DNA of 64,000 nucleotides from a virus (IMGVR_UViG_3300035501_000350:55918-119917), one strand, 5' to 3'; counted from the stretch's first letter, positions 1 to 10,582 are shown. Numbers and translations: made by a program. Notes: a model not told the origin generated them from the letters alone.

Positions 1-29
1 GTTTAAGGGGGAGTATCTAATGTGAACCA

Positions 30-518
30 TCATAGATAGTTCACATTAAGATTCATGAGCTGGATGTTTTTCAATGTTGAAATAACATCAGCGCCATTAT
101 AGATAGCATTAAACATCTGATACAACTGCAGCCAGTTATAACACCTGTCATTCTGCTTGGTTTGCTCGTTTGTTGCTAGTGCTCTCTCCTGGTTAATATC
201 TGTTGTCCGGTACGGAACAAATCCAGATATCAAACCATCTTGGATATAGTAATTCAATGCGTTTACCAATACTGATGCAGTCTGGTATTGAACATAGCTT
301 TCTGTTAAGCATGCAGACAGGACTTTCTCATTCGTAAAATACAAATAGTCTTGTTCGGCAATATTGTCAAACTTAATGTCTCTGATAATGCGCTTTACAG
401 ATTTTCTAATTTCATCAACAGACATGTTGTTGAAGAAGTTAGGATTGTTGTTAGCAGAGCGTTTCTCTGCAAAGAAACTTTGTCTTGCCATTTGCGTCGC
501 CTCCTTGGGGTAGTACAA
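30..518 (-). CDS. hypothetical protein
   Basis: 162 aa ORF co-directional with neighbours; no recognised motif. Confidence 0.6.
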   Translation of the reverse strand: MYYPKEATQMARQSFFAEKRSANNNPNFFNNMSVDEIRKSVKRIIRDIKFDNIAEQDYLYFTNEKVLSACLTESYVQYQTASVLVNALNYYIQDGLISGFVPYRTTDINQERALATNEQTKQNDRCYNWLQLYQMFNAIYNGADVISTLKNIQLMNLNVNYL

Positions 519-523
519 GTAAT

Positions 524-946
524 TTACTCGTAATTAGGTGCCAGAATATCAGCACCACTAAGTCTCTCGCTTGAGGGTATATCAATAAGAGCATTGATCT
601 CATTTACAGGGATAGAATCGTCCGTCTCTGTATTGGATGCGGAAATATGCTCATCGATATCAAAACTATCTTCCTGGTAGAACTGTTTAGCATACTTCAT
701 GAAAGAATAAACAGACTTACGCTGAAGCAACGTACAAGATTCTACAAGAACGAATGACTCTTCAAGATCAATGTAATCTGCGACTGTCTTGATAGTGTCA
801 TATACTTCACTTCTACCCTTGATGATTTCCCACCATGTATTATCGGAATCAGTTCCGACAAAACAGATGAGATATTCTTTATCCTCAGGGGTTTTTCTAG
901 GAACAGAATTGTCCACAATTCTAACCATAGTTTTTTTCTCTGACAT
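524..946 (-). CDS. hypothetical protein
   Basis: ORF 524..991; GGAGG RBS precedes the ATG at 946 (MSEKK) and the upstream extension overlaps an early-type promoter motif. Confidence 0.65.
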   Translation of the reverse strand: MSEKKTMVRIVDNSVPRKTPEDKEYLICFVGTDSDNTWWEIIKGRSEVYDTIKTVADYIDLEESFVLVESCTLLQRKSVYSFMKYAKQFYQEDSFDIDEHISASNTETDDSIPVNEINALIDIPSSERLSGADILAPNYE

Positions 947-972
947 TTTTATTACCTCCTTTTCTATATAGT

Positions 973-989
973 CACTATTATAGTATATC
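973..989 (-). promoter_or_regulatory. early-type phage promoter motif (GATATACTATAATAGTG)
   Basis: Near-identical motif recurs upstream of minus-strand genes at ~2745-2761, 45416-45431, 57512-57528 and 60192-60207. Confidence 0.55.
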
Positions 990-1007
990 ACTGAATAGTG
1001 ATTTACT

Positions 1008-2219
1008 CTAGCTTGATTTTACATAGACCAACTGTTGGTCTGCTCTAGATGCTCCAACTAGATTTATACATGGCTGCATTGCTGGATTCATATGCTCCTC
1101 TATATATACAACTTTATGGAACTGAGACCCCTGAGCAATATGAGCTGTAATGCAATAGGCAAATTCAAACTTATTACCTACCTCGTATTTATTAGCTCTT
1201 ATTTTAACTCTGGTATCATTCTCTGAAACCATATGAGCGTAATTACATCTAGAGTTTTTGAATATGGCATTTGGAGCCAGATCAGGAGCAAAGTTCATAG
1301 AGAATAGTTTACCATCAAAGCTAGATACATCTGGATTACTAACAACTGTACCAATAAGACCATTACATAGATTGATTACATATCCATTAGATGCAGATAC
1401 TCCTTCAATCCAGTTATTACTACGACATACTACTTTCTCTCCATACTGAGGTAGATCACCTTTGAAACCTTTGAGAGCTCGTACACGTTTATTGATAGCA
1501 TCTCTAGTCTTATTTTTACCACATATGATAGCATCTGCCCATAGAAGCATACCATCAGTAAGATCTTCTTTATTGATAACTAGGCTGTTACCATAATAGC
1601 CATTAAGCAATGGTTGACCATTACCAACCATGGTAGCAATGAAGTTTATATCTTCTCTTCCGGCTTGGCGCATACATTGTATTAGATGGTAAATCTTATT
1701 ATCCCCGGTTAGAAATGCTGGTTCTTCTTTAACCGGAGGAAGCTGATGCTGATCTCCACACGCTATGATCTTTAGACCAAATTTCTCTATCGTAGGTCTT
1801 AGACTCTTAGGCATAGAGTAAGCCTCATCTATAGCTATAAGTCTAATCCTATCATCGAGATGATCTACAGGGATAAACCTAGGAACTCTTATAGGGCAAT
1901 TCATAAGTTCATCCATAACTACATTGCCCTCTTTGTCTCTAAGAGGTTCAGATCTTATATTGTATATCCAGCTATGAGCTGTCTTTGCACTAATAAGACC
2001 TTTCATTCGCATCACAAGGCTAGCAGAACCAATGAAACTCATTGGAGCTACCTCTGTTAATGGGTCTAATCCTATACGACGGATAATCTCATTTAGAACA
2101 ACAGACTTTCCTGTACCGGGAGGGCCATCAATTTCAAATACTTGTGTAGTTCCATTGTAGTACCAATCCACGGCTTGTTCTATAACGTACTGCTGTTCTT
2201 CGTTAAACTTAAACATCAA
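1008..2219 (-). CDS. SF1B helicase, RecD/Dda-like
   Basis: Walker A GPPGTGKS, Walker B IAIDEA, motif III GDQHQLPPV, motif V AYCITAHIAQGSQF, motif VI VGASRA. Confidence 0.9.
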   Translation of the reverse strand: MMFKFNEEQQYVIEQAVDWYYNGTTQVFEIDGPPGTGKSVVLNEIIRRIGLDPLTEVAPMSFIGSASLVMRMKGLISAKTAHSWIYNIRSEPLRDKEGNVVMDELMNCPIRVPRFIPVDHLDDRIRLIAIDEAYSMPKSLRPTIEKFGLKIIACGDQHQLPPVKEEPAFLTGDNKIYHLIQCMRQAGREDINFIATMVGNGQPLLNGYYGNSLVINKEDLTDGMLLWADAIICGKNKTRDAINKRVRALKGFKGDLPQYGEKVVCRSNNWIEGVSASNGYVINLCNGLIGTVVSNPDVSSFDGKLFSMNFAPDLAPNAIFKNSRCNYAHMVSENDTRVKIRANKYEVGNKFEFAYCITAHIAQGSQFHKVVYIEEHMNPAMQPCINLVGASRADQQLVYVKSS

Positions 2220-2222
2220 TCA

Positions 2223-2711
2223 TTACTTCTTTCTAGGAAGTGTAATATCAAAGATATCAAACTGATATAGATGGCTAGTCTTATTCAGTTTGGTGATGAA
2301 GTTAAATACTCTAACAGACTCACTAATATATGGGTCTGATACCATACTCTTTGTTTCGCCATTGATATTGTAATACATCACAAACATCCCCTTGTTAGCC
2401 CCAGGGATAGGAACCTGCGCAATGCTCTGGAATACAACTCCAATCCTATTGCAATAATTGCTAAGGAATGGGATTACTAGAGTTTCTGCTAGACGAGAGT
2501 TCTCTAAGAGATTCATCTCTATCTCGTCATGTTTCAAATACGGGTTATCAACCTCGCAATACTTAATATACTTTTCTTTGATTTGCAATACAGATTCGGT
2601 ATTCATATCAAACAGGTATCCCTCATCTGTAAGATCAAATCCTAATTCACGCATCATTGCGTCATTAAATCTTAATCTAAGATCTAGTGCTTGTGCTTTA
2701 GTTATCGCCAT
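2223..2711 (-). CDS. hypothetical protein
   Basis: ORF 2223..2747; GGAGG RBS before the ATG at 2711 (MAITK). Confidence 0.65.
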   Translation of the reverse strand: MAITKAQALDLRLRFNDAMMRELGFDLTDEGYLFDMNTESVLQIKEKYIKYCEVDNPYLKHDEIEMNLLENSRLAETLVIPFLSNYCNRIGVVFQSIAQVPIPGANKGMFVMYYNINGETKSMVSDPYISESVRVFNFITKLNKTSHLYQFDIFDITLPRKK

Positions 2712-2811
2712 GTTATTACCTCCAATAAATATATTTGGGTTCGACATAGTTATAATATACGTTTATATCATAATTTATACTGATTACTACGAAGTTTGAG
2801 AGGGTTTAAAA

Positions 2812-3234
2812 ATGGACAATAATAACTACACTAGCTCTGAAGGATATACCCTTGAGTTTGCTATTCTTCAAGAGGATATTCCTGCAGATCAATCTACTAC
2901 TGCTAATTTTAAGATCCCTACTTTAATCAATACAGGAACTGTAGCTAAAGTAAATACTAATACTTCAACTATAAGAAATAAAACAACCACTAATCTTACT
3001 AGTGCTTCTATGAATATTAAAGATACAATCTCATTAAGAGTGCCAATGGAGTATACATATTACTGGGGTACTAGCAAAATAATCCCTGCTGGAACTAGAT
3101 TTATTGTAGCTTACATTGGTGGCAATGTTAATGAGATCGCTATTGTTGGACGATATGATCGTAGCGGTGCTGATGCTCCTGCATGTGATAGATGTAGAGG
3201 CATCTGTGATCTTTGTCCTAGCTGCTGCGGATAA
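2812..3234 (+). CDS. hypothetical protein with Cys-rich C-terminus, possibly virion/baseplate
   Basis: 140 aa ORF with RBS; ends CDRCRGICDLCPSCCG; adjacent to a baseplate-wedge-like gene. Confidence 0.55.
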   Translation: MDNNNYTSSEGYTLEFAILQEDIPADQSTTANFKIPTLINTGTVAKVNTNTSTIRNKTTTNLTSASMNIKDTISLRVPMEYTYYWGTSKIIPAGTRFIVAYIGGNVNEIAIVGRYDRSGADAPACDRCRGICDLCPSCCG

Positions 3235-3248
3235 GGAGTGATTAATCT

Positions 3249-3698
3249 TTGAGCGTTTATAGTTATCAGCAACCTCAATATACATATACTCTAGAGCAAT
3301 TTGCTGCATGTACATCTACTGACACTATGAGTTATCATAATCTGTCGTTTGTTGATACCCATGATGGTATTAAGTTTGATACTTATAATGTAACAACAGA
3401 CTACATTGATGAGATAAGAGATGAATACTGTGTTACTGTAAGTCTAACTGATAAAGAATTAGATAAATATAAATATAGACCTAAACTGTTATGCTATAAG
3501 ATATATGGTAACGGCGAGTTGGCGTTTCTTATTCTCTTGATAAATGATATGTGCAGTGTTAAAGAGTTTACTAAGAAGAAATTACTAATGCCTAAAAAGC
3601 AGACAATGAAGAATCTAGTAAAGTATTTATATAATGCTAATAGAGCAGCAATTCAAACCTATAATAATAAAGTAACATCCACTATAGATGACGACTAA
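3249..3698 (+). CDS. baseplate wedge protein, T4 gp53/LysM-like
   Basis: YKYRPKLLCYKIYGNGELAFLILLIND resembles the RPxxxxYxxYGxxxxxWxILxxN signature of gp53-like proteins. Confidence 0.55.
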   Translation: MSVYSYQQPQYTYTLEQFAACTSTDTMSYHNLSFVDTHDGIKFDTYNVTTDYIDEIRDEYCVTVSLTDKELDKYKYRPKLLCYKIYGNGELAFLILLINDMCSVKEFTKKKLLMPKKQTMKNLVKYLYNANRAAIQTYNNKVTSTIDDD

Positions 3699-3718
3699 AG
3701 AATCCAGGTAGCAATATG

Positions 3719-5515
3719 CTACCTGGAAACTTTATGGCACATTTCTTTCAATATACGAGGTTCAGTCGTAATATGTATTAAAGTTTTAGGAGGTGACTGG
3801 CTACAATAGCCGAAAGAACTGTGCTCTATGTTAAACGTGGCGATGCCGCTCGCGTTAGCAAACATATTCGATACGTCATTAGTGGGAAGTCTCACATCAT
3901 TGAACTGAGTGAAATCCCTAACCTCATTAACTATACCCTGGCCTGTATTAATTCCTGTATTGAGGGCTACTTCCTCACGCATAGTAGTCTTATGCACTGG
4001 CACCGGAGAATAGATATCCTCAACAAACTTTATAGTATTGTTGATGTAAGGAATGTATACAGTATAGATATCGCCAGGGATATAATACCTAGATTTTACT
4101 CTCTGCATTCCTAGATACTTATTACTATCCTTATCAAACTCAGGAGCTATAAGAGCAATCCAATCACTATTCTCAATAATAAGATTAGATTCACCTACAT
4201 TGCTTCTACCTATCAATCTAACCAAATCAGCTTTATTCTTAATTCTAGCTTCATCAATAGATGCTGTTGCTGTTCTGTTAAGCTGAGATGCTGTGATAAC
4301 AGGGATATTCTTCAATGTAGCAAATACTTTAAACTCATTAATTACAGCTCCAAGTTGAAGTCTAAGATCTCCATTGTATGAACCATCAACAGACTTAATT
4401 CTTTTTATATAATCTTGAATCATACAGATTACTTCATAACCTTCATCTTCAAGATCTTCACACAGAGTATACAGATAAGATGTATCCTCTGATAGATTAG
4501 GTCTGAATTTTACTATGAGGTCTATTGGATCCCCATCTGATACATGTAATCCTCCCTGAGTCTTAAGAACATCCATGAACTCATCTTCGCTATAATTAGT
4601 CATGTCTGCTCCTACACACATGCTAAAGATTCTCTGTACTGTTTCTTTAATGGAGTTCTCCATTACTAATAGAACTACGCATGGTCTTTTTGTAGGGTCT
4701 GCACACACATAGTTCTTATTATATCTTTTTAGTTCTATAGCCATATCAATCAATGTAGAAGATTTACCCTCTCCAGGAAGACCAAGCAATGTATAAACTC
4801 TAGTTGCTTCTACTCCACCACCAGTAAGAATATTTAAAGCTTGTGTTCCAAATATTAATCTATTGGATGGAGACGTAAGCTGTCTATATGTAGCTTGCAT
4901 TGACTGAATATAATTCTCTCCAGTAAGAGAGAATGTAAGATCTTCTGAGTTGTTAGCTCTAGACCTTCTAAATTTTACTTGAAGCCTTGTAACCCAATCT
5001 TCTATTTGACTTACAATGATTCCTCTGTTAGCATAATCTGTTGCCTTGAATTTTTGCAATAGAGCTAAACCTTCATCCACATCATTATAGATAACAGAGT
5101 ACTTTAGGATTTCACTTACAGATGTATTTACCCATTCCACTTCAGAGTTATTTAATTCACGAAATGAATTTTGATTTCCAGAACCAAATCCTCCATAGAT
5201 ATGATTGAAAATCATATCAGTAGTTGTTAAATTATAATCTAATCTTGCCTCTATACCTTTCGTGATGAACTCAATTCTTCCAAGACGTTCTTGGTCATTT
5301 CCATAGTTGCTAATATCCATAATGAGAAATAGATTTCTAAGATTAATGATATTTCCTCTACGGATAGAACGGTTCTCTGAAAGTATATATGAACACATCA
5401 AATCTAATTCAGTTATATCAAATTTGACGTCAATTTTTAAATTCTTATTTTTAACTGGAGATGCAGCCACACCCCCACTATACTTCTGCCTTCTGTTGGA
5501 TTCCATTAGTCCCAT
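3719..5515 (-). CDS. replicative DNA helicase, DnaB-like
   Basis: Walker A GLPGEGKS, H1a VMEN, H2 IQDYI, H3 PVITASQLNR. Confidence 0.88.
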   Translation of the reverse strand: MGLMESNRRQKYSGGVAASPVKNKNLKIDVKFDITELDLMCSYILSENRSIRRGNIINLRNLFLIMDISNYGNDQERLGRIEFITKGIEARLDYNLTTTDMIFNHIYGGFGSGNQNSFRELNNSEVEWVNTSVSEILKYSVIYNDVDEGLALLQKFKATDYANRGIIVSQIEDWVTRLQVKFRRSRANNSEDLTFSLTGENYIQSMQATYRQLTSPSNRLIFGTQALNILTGGGVEATRVYTLLGLPGEGKSSTLIDMAIELKRYNKNYVCADPTKRPCVVLLVMENSIKETVQRIFSMCVGADMTNYSEDEFMDVLKTQGGLHVSDGDPIDLIVKFRPNLSEDTSYLYTLCEDLEDEGYEVICMIQDYIKRIKSVDGSYNGDLRLQLGAVINEFKVFATLKNIPVITASQLNRTATASIDEARIKNKADLVRLIGRSNVGESNLIIENSDWIALIAPEFDKDSNKYLGMQRVKSRYYIPGDIYTVYIPYINNTIKFVEDIYSPVPVHKTTMREEVALNTGINTGQGIVNEVRDFTQFNDVRLPTNDVSNMFANASGIATFNIEHSSFGYCSQSPPKTLIHITTEPRILKEMCHKVSR

Positions 5516-5572
5516 CAGCTCCAGTCTGGACGCATATAATACTATGATGTGGTTAGCATTATATTTTATATA

Positions 5573-5974
5573 TCACTTACCAGAAACACCAATCCCCATA
5601 TAGTTTTTAGCCATTTTTTCATCTACCATCTTGCGTTCCCATTCTTCCATTCTATTGTATTCATCACAGTGTTCAAGAATCTTCCGTTGTAGTGTTTCTT
5701 TGAACCTATCAATCTGTGCAAAATAGCTAGCCCTAATATAACAAGAGCAAACAAGCTCAAATACTATGATTGCTGTAAGAATTAAGATGCTTCTAGGCGG
5801 TATGGTACGTAGTATTGATAGTACGATTACTACAATGTATGCGATAGTGTTAAGGACTACCATAAGATTGCATAAAGTGCTATAAAGCATAAAAATGACG
5901 GACGACAGCACAGTTATAGTAATGGCTTGATTACCGCCAACCTCATAGCATTCATCTACAGTTCTAAATACCAT
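5573..5974 (-). CDS. membrane protein
   Basis: Two to three hydrophobic segments in a 133 aa ORF. Confidence 0.6.
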   Translation of the reverse strand: MVFRTVDECYEVGGNQAITITVLSSVIFMLYSTLCNLMVVLNTIAYIVVIVLSILRTIPPRSILILTAIIVFELVCSCYIRASYFAQIDRFKETLQRKILEHCDEYNRMEEWERKMVDEKMAKNYMGIGVSGK

Positions 5975-5977
5975 GTA

Positions 5978-7102
5978 TTACTCTCCTTCCAATAACTTAA
6001 TTAATTCATCTGAAGTTATAAACTCATAGCCCTCATTCTGATTAATATACATGATGAATTTATCATAGTCACTAATCTCTGGGTCTATGATATATGAATA
6101 TTGCTTATTAGCTTCAAGAACTTCTTGATCTATCTGCTGCATCTGTTTCTCTTTAGCATCAATCTCTTGAAGTTTCACATCCTGGGAAGTTCTAAAATAG
6201 TTCCTTACTATATTCATATTCTCTCCAGGATTATTAAACTGAACTCTAATAAAATCAATACCCTGTTGCTGTTTAGTCTGTTTAATCCAGTCTATGATTG
6301 CTTTAGGATCTTCATTCAACAGATGGTCAATATTAATTGTAGCATATATATGAGACTTTATAGGAATCAATTCAGTATAATGCATCCTAGTATTAGCATT
6401 GTACAGAGTAACAAGAAATCCCTTTTCTTCTTCCTCTCCAAACTTAAACCTAAATGCAGACCCATTATAGTAAGCATATTCATCATATACGCTTGGGATA
6501 TGATAATGCCCCATTATAATTGGCCCAGCGCAATTACAGAAATGCTTAATGCTAAATATTGGAGCATGGGCTGTATTTAGAGTAGATATTTCTGTTCCAT
6601 GGAATGAGCCATTGTATGTACCATGTAATAAACACATATCATATCTACCAGATTCATATAAGACTTTAGTATATTCTTCTTCTGGAATACCATACAGTTC
6701 AGGAATACAAAGAATCCTTAGTCCTTTAACCATCTCAAACTGGATATTCTCTACGATCCTGAAGTCTAAACCTGGTTGATTCATGTAATGGTAGAATAGA
6801 GATAATTGTCCTGCATCGTGGCTTTGAGTTCCGGCTATGATAATTAGAGTAGCATTCTTCATTCTGCATAGAGCGCTCAAGTCATCAATGAATTGAATCG
6901 CATATGTAATAGCTTGATTACCACTAAACATTCTTGAATGAAAAATATCTCCAACTACAGCAACAGCATCAAAGTCTAAAACACTAATCCTGGAAATGAA
7001 TTGAATCTTTAATTGCTCATACATATACTTTGGATCTTCTGGGCAACCAAAGTGTATATCTGCTATAGTTACAAGTTTGAATACGTTGTTTGTGTAAGAC
7101 AT
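5978..7102 (-). CDS. SbcD/Mre11-like metallophosphoesterase nuclease subunit
   Basis: Motifs ADIHFG, VGDIF, GTQSHD, LLHG, GHYH, YNGS. Confidence 0.88.
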   Translation of the reverse strand: MSYTNNVFKLVTIADIHFGCPEDPKYMYEQLKIQFISRISVLDFDAVAVVGDIFHSRMFSGNQAITYAIQFIDDLSALCRMKNATLIIIAGTQSHDAGQLSLFYHYMNQPGLDFRIVENIQFEMVKGLRILCIPELYGIPEEEYTKVLYESGRYDMCLLHGTYNGSFHGTEISTLNTAHAPIFSIKHFCNCAGPIIMGHYHIPSVYDEYAYYNGSAFRFKFGEEEEKGFLVTLYNANTRMHYTELIPIKSHIYATINIDHLLNEDPKAIIDWIKQTKQQQGIDFIRVQFNNPGENMNIVRNYFRTSQDVKLQEIDAKEKQMQQIDQEVLEANKQYSYIIDPEISDYDKFIMYINQNEGYEFITSDELIKLLEGE

Positions 7103-7794
7103 TGGTCCACCGCCTCACTGGAGTCTATCTCTTTAATGTCGTTCTGACGGTAACTCTTGATATATTCATCTGTTATTGCTCTGCATTGATTATAAACTAA
7201 AACCATATCTTGTTCAGCATCAACTTCATAGCCATGTTTAGCCAGTCCAAGCTTCTTATACATGGTATGGCAATATCTATAACCTTCATTGATATTAGTA
7301 TGGTAAACTAAACCCTTACGATCAAGCAGGTTAGTTTCTCTATTATTTTCTTTGATTCTCTTTAACCCTGTTTCTGCACTGATATTTAAGGTTATCTGTA
7401 TATGAGGCCATATTGCTACTAACCGCTGGATAGCCATTACATCATCAACAGATATATCACCATTACCAAGAACACTTTGATAGACAATACTTGAAGTTAC
7501 ATATCTATCACAGATAACTATCTCTCCATTTTCAAGTTTAGGCATGATTATTTGTTTTGTATTTATATTTCTTGAAGCAGAGAATAATAGTAATTGAGTT
7601 AAAGAATCTAGATCTTCGTTAGTTACTATATCTCTAATCATATTGCCTACTTTGCTGGCTCCTGGCTCTTTGGTATAAGAGCACATATAGTCATGAGCTG
7701 TATAGTAATCTACTAAGCTCTTAGCTATAGTAGTCTTACCTGAACCTTCACCTCCTTCGAGAACTATAAATATTCCTCCATTGATAGTTTTCAT
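7069..7794 (-). CDS. tmk: thymidylate (dTMP/dUMP) kinase
   Basis: P-loop EGGEGSGKTT, EPG, CDRYVTSSIVYQ. Confidence 0.92.
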   Translation of the reverse strand: MKTINGGIFIVLEGGEGSGKTTIAKSLVDYYTAHDYMCSYTKEPGASKVGNMIRDIVTNEDLDSLTQLLLFSASRNINTKQIIMPKLENGEIVICDRYVTSSIVYQSVLGNGDISVDDVMAIQRLVAIWPHIQITLNISAETGLKRIKENNRETNLLDRKGLVYHTNINEGYRYCHTMYKKLGLAKHGYEVDAEQDMVLVYNQCRAITDEYIKSYRQNDIKEIDSSEAVDQCLTQTTYSNL

Positions 7795-7806
7795 CTAATA
7801 CACCTC

Positions 7807-8331
7807 TTATAGTTTCTTATTCTTGTAGTAGTGTATAATTAGTTCTTGTACTCCATGCATCAGACAAGATATGATAAATAGCATCTTTTCTTGATCGTAT
7901 TCATCTTTAAATTCGTATTCTCCATCATAGAATTGAATTCTCTCTACATCTTTTCTATTTTGAGCATTGCGAATGATTTCAATATTAATTTGCTTTCCTT
8001 CGCCGGTCTTCATAAGAACGTACGTGATGGAGAATCCATTCTCTCTATAGATCATTGCTGCTGTTCTTCTTGGATCGCATCCCTTGGGGATAGTTCCAAT
8101 GAACAGATGGAACTTATCATTGTTGTCATACATGTAGATATCTCTTAAGAGTATCAAGAATTCATGCATTTCAACCATCATATCAAACGATGGGCTGGTC
8201 TTATCAATGCTCTTCGTAAGCTTGCGCATTTTACGCCATGCTTTAAAATCATGCTTTTTCTTTTTAGCCATTATAGGCTCAATATACATATTAATTTTAG
8301 TTTCCATAAGTAGTACTCCTATACTTTCCAA
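7807..8331 (-). CDS. hypothetical protein
   Basis: 174 aa ORF within an operon. Confidence 0.6.
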   Translation of the reverse strand: MESIGVLLMETKINMYIEPIMAKKKKHDFKAWRKMRKLTKSIDKTSPSFDMMVEMHEFLILLRDIYMYDNNDKFHLFIGTIPKGCDPRRTAAMIYRENGFSITYVLMKTGEGKQINIEIIRNAQNRKDVERIQFYDGEYEFKDEYDQEKMLFIISCLMHGVQELIIHYYKNKKL

Positions 8332-8780
8332 CTAAGTACACAATTATCTATGCACCTAGTTATTTCAAAGGCATACATTGTCACTATATGGTCTGATAAT
8401 GGTTTCCATAGCTCATTAATTTTTCTTGGTAATTCTTTATCTTTCATGACTTCATATTCGATATTGTGGTTATTATCAACTACAGAGTATCTATTAGACC
8501 ACATAGAGAATTTTACTTCTATATCTTTAGCATCCATACGAACTTTGAAGGATACAATACCATCTGATATCTTGAATTCATCACTGCTATAATACGAAGA
8601 GCAAGCATTGAGTAATGAGAATAATCGTTCTCCTAGATAGAATGGATCACACTCGTAAAACTCACGCCTCTTCTTAGTAATCTTTTTATAAATTCTATGG
8701 AATTTAATGAAATTATACTTATGCAATTTATTAAGCTCAGTATAGTATTCAAATAATTCCATAAATGAATCAGTGTTCAT
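8319..8780 (-). CDS. hypothetical protein
   Basis: 153 aa ORF within an operon. Confidence 0.6.
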   Translation of the reverse strand: MNTDSFMELFEYYTELNKLHKYNFIKFHRIYKKITKKRREFYECDPFYLGERLFSLLNACSSYYSSDEFKISDGIVSFKVRMDAKDIEVKFSMWSNRYSVVDNNHNIEYEVMKDKELPRKINELWKPLSDHIVTMYAFEITRCIDNCVLSWKV

Positions 8781-8781
8781 T

Positions 8782-9507
8782 TTAAGTCTCCCCTAGATGA
8801 AGATTGTTATAAGCATTATCTACGATATTAATATTGTAGAATGCATATACTAGAGATAAGAATGCTCTCTCACATGTATTGATAAATGCTAAATGCTCTG
8901 GATTAGTAAAATCCAATACGAATTCATTATAAGAAACACTGTTCTTATCAAGCTGGAGTATAATACATCCATCAATATTAATACCGAGTTCTGTCCTGAG
9001 CATATATCTATATGCAGAGAGCTGAAGAAAATGCTTGTAAGTGATATGGTTAGTTGTCTTATAGTCTATGAGATAAATCATTCCATTTATCTCATATAGA
9101 CCATCTAATGTACCGCCAAAATATGGGCAAGTAATAGTCTTCTCATGGCAGATAACTCTTACGTTAGCATATTGAGTTATATTATCATACCATTTACGAA
9201 ATGAGTTATAAGCGTTAGCCGATTGATATTCCATATTCTCTGGAGCCGTATATGAATTATCTGTAAGATAACCATCAATGCTCTCGTGGCATTGAGTTCC
9301 AATATTCGCAGCTTCATCAAGAGTTTTAGAATAAGACTTATGCTTAAACCCTAGACTATTAGCCCAATACATTAGCCCATCATTATGGATGCACTTAGAT
9401 AAGATAGATGTAACTCTAGGAACTTGAATACCATTATGGGTATAGGTTTTCTCTATAGGCCCTAGAGAAGGTTTAATCTCATCTAATAGCCTAACCATCT
9501 CAACCAT
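8782..9507 (-). CDS. PD-(D/E)XK exonuclease (RecB-C/Cas4/lambda-exo-like)
   Basis: PRVTSIL, GTQCH, GTLDG, IDYKT, QLSAY motifs. Confidence 0.85.
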   Translation of the reverse strand: MVEMVRLLDEIKPSLGPIEKTYTHNGIQVPRVTSILSKCIHNDGLMYWANSLGFKHKSYSKTLDEAANIGTQCHESIDGYLTDNSYTAPENMEYQSANAYNSFRKWYDNITQYANVRVICHEKTITCPYFGGTLDGLYEINGMIYLIDYKTTNHITYKHFLQLSAYRYMLRTELGINIDGCIILQLDKNSVSYNEFVLDFTNPEHLAFINTCERAFLSLVYAFYNINIVDNAYNNLHLGET

Positions 9508-10450
9508 TGAGCTTATCCTCTACGATATCTCCAGTCTCTTGCTCATACTGCTTTACAGCACTATTAACAATCTCATCCATAGACACATATGGCACAAACC
9601 AGATGTAATCAAATACTGCACTAATACGATCAACGTAATCCTGAGGGAAACTATTGAGCAAATTAAGTCTATGGCAAAACTTATGTAAGAATGCTTTAAA
9701 TGTATCATAATACGTTGGTACATTTAAAACCTCAATGAGTTTATTAGTCTTAATCTTTACAGTATCAAAAGGAATTACTCCTGCAGTAACAGCAGGGGTT
9801 AGCATTCCGTTAATAACTGTGATCAATTCCATAACATGTCTAGCCTCAAAGAACAGAAGCGTATCTTCATTAAGATCATCCATAACAGCTTTAGGTTTAA
9901 GAATTTCTCTAATCTCATCAGAAGTCTTAGTCATGAGATACAAACCCAGTACAAACTTAGGATCTGTAGTTTCAATATTTAATTTAGCCACAGGGCTAGT
10001 ACTCTTAAATGAATTAAAGAGATTCTTATAATACTCAGGAATATCCTTGTCGAGATCTGTTGCACCGATAGTTTTGTTAGTTGTATCCATTGTTGTACCT
10101 CCATTAATAATAGATTTTATTTCTTCAAATTGAACTTTCTTAGAAGACTGAGTGTCTTCTGCTATCCAGACAATCTTGGCCGGATATCTTATATTGAAGA
10201 TGTATTTATACACGAATGAGCCATATTCGTAATGGGTAGTAATGTCTTGTGAAGATTCATGATCCGATAGGTATTTATCAAGCAAAATTAAATCATATGT
10301 ATTTATTGTATTGATAGTTTCTCTGATGGCATTCAGCACTCCCTCTAGGCTACGTCTGCCATCTATTACAGTTCCTGGAATTAACGAATTAATATAAGCT
10401 GCATAAGTATTGCATTTCTTCATTGATCCCTCGGCAATTAAAATCTTCAC
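9500..10450 (-). CDS. protein with degenerate N-terminal receiver (CheY-like) domain
   Basis: MKILIAE...YDLILLDKYLSD...KIVWIA follows the beta1/beta3/beta4 pattern of REC domains; GTG start with GGAGG RBS. Confidence 0.5.
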   Translation of the reverse strand: MKILIAEGSMKKCNTYAAYINSLIPGTVIDGRRSLEGVLNAIRETINTINTYDLILLDKYLSDHESSQDITTHYEYGSFVYKYIFNIRYPAKIVWIAEDTQSSKKVQFEEIKSIINGGTTMDTTNKTIGATDLDKDIPEYYKNLFNSFKSTSPVAKLNIETTDPKFVLGLYLMTKTSDEIREILKPKAVMDDLNEDTLLFFEARHVMELITVINGMLTPAVTAGVIPFDTVKIKTNKLIEVLNVPTYYDTFKAFLHKFCHRLNLLNSFPQDYVDRISAVFDYIWFVPYVSMDEIVNSAVKQYEQETGDIVEDKLNG

Positions 10451-10582
10451 ATGTATTTCCCTCCATTACATATTGTTATACTCCTCCGTGCTGTACCTAG
10501 ATGTCTCGGCTATTTTAAAGTCGTATAAATTGCTATCCCCGAAACATTATGATAATAAATCCAATAGGAGGTGTTCTTAATC

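Noticed and set aside
8315-8324. 10-nt match ACTCCTATAC between the unit 2 loop and the RBS region of gene 7807..8331
   Set aside because: Short and centred on the common AGGAG motif, so chance is plausible; not claimed as a target without computation
8782-9507. Cas4 linked to the array
   Set aside because: No four-Cys Fe-S cluster pattern; looks like an ordinary phage exonuclease in a DNA metabolism operon
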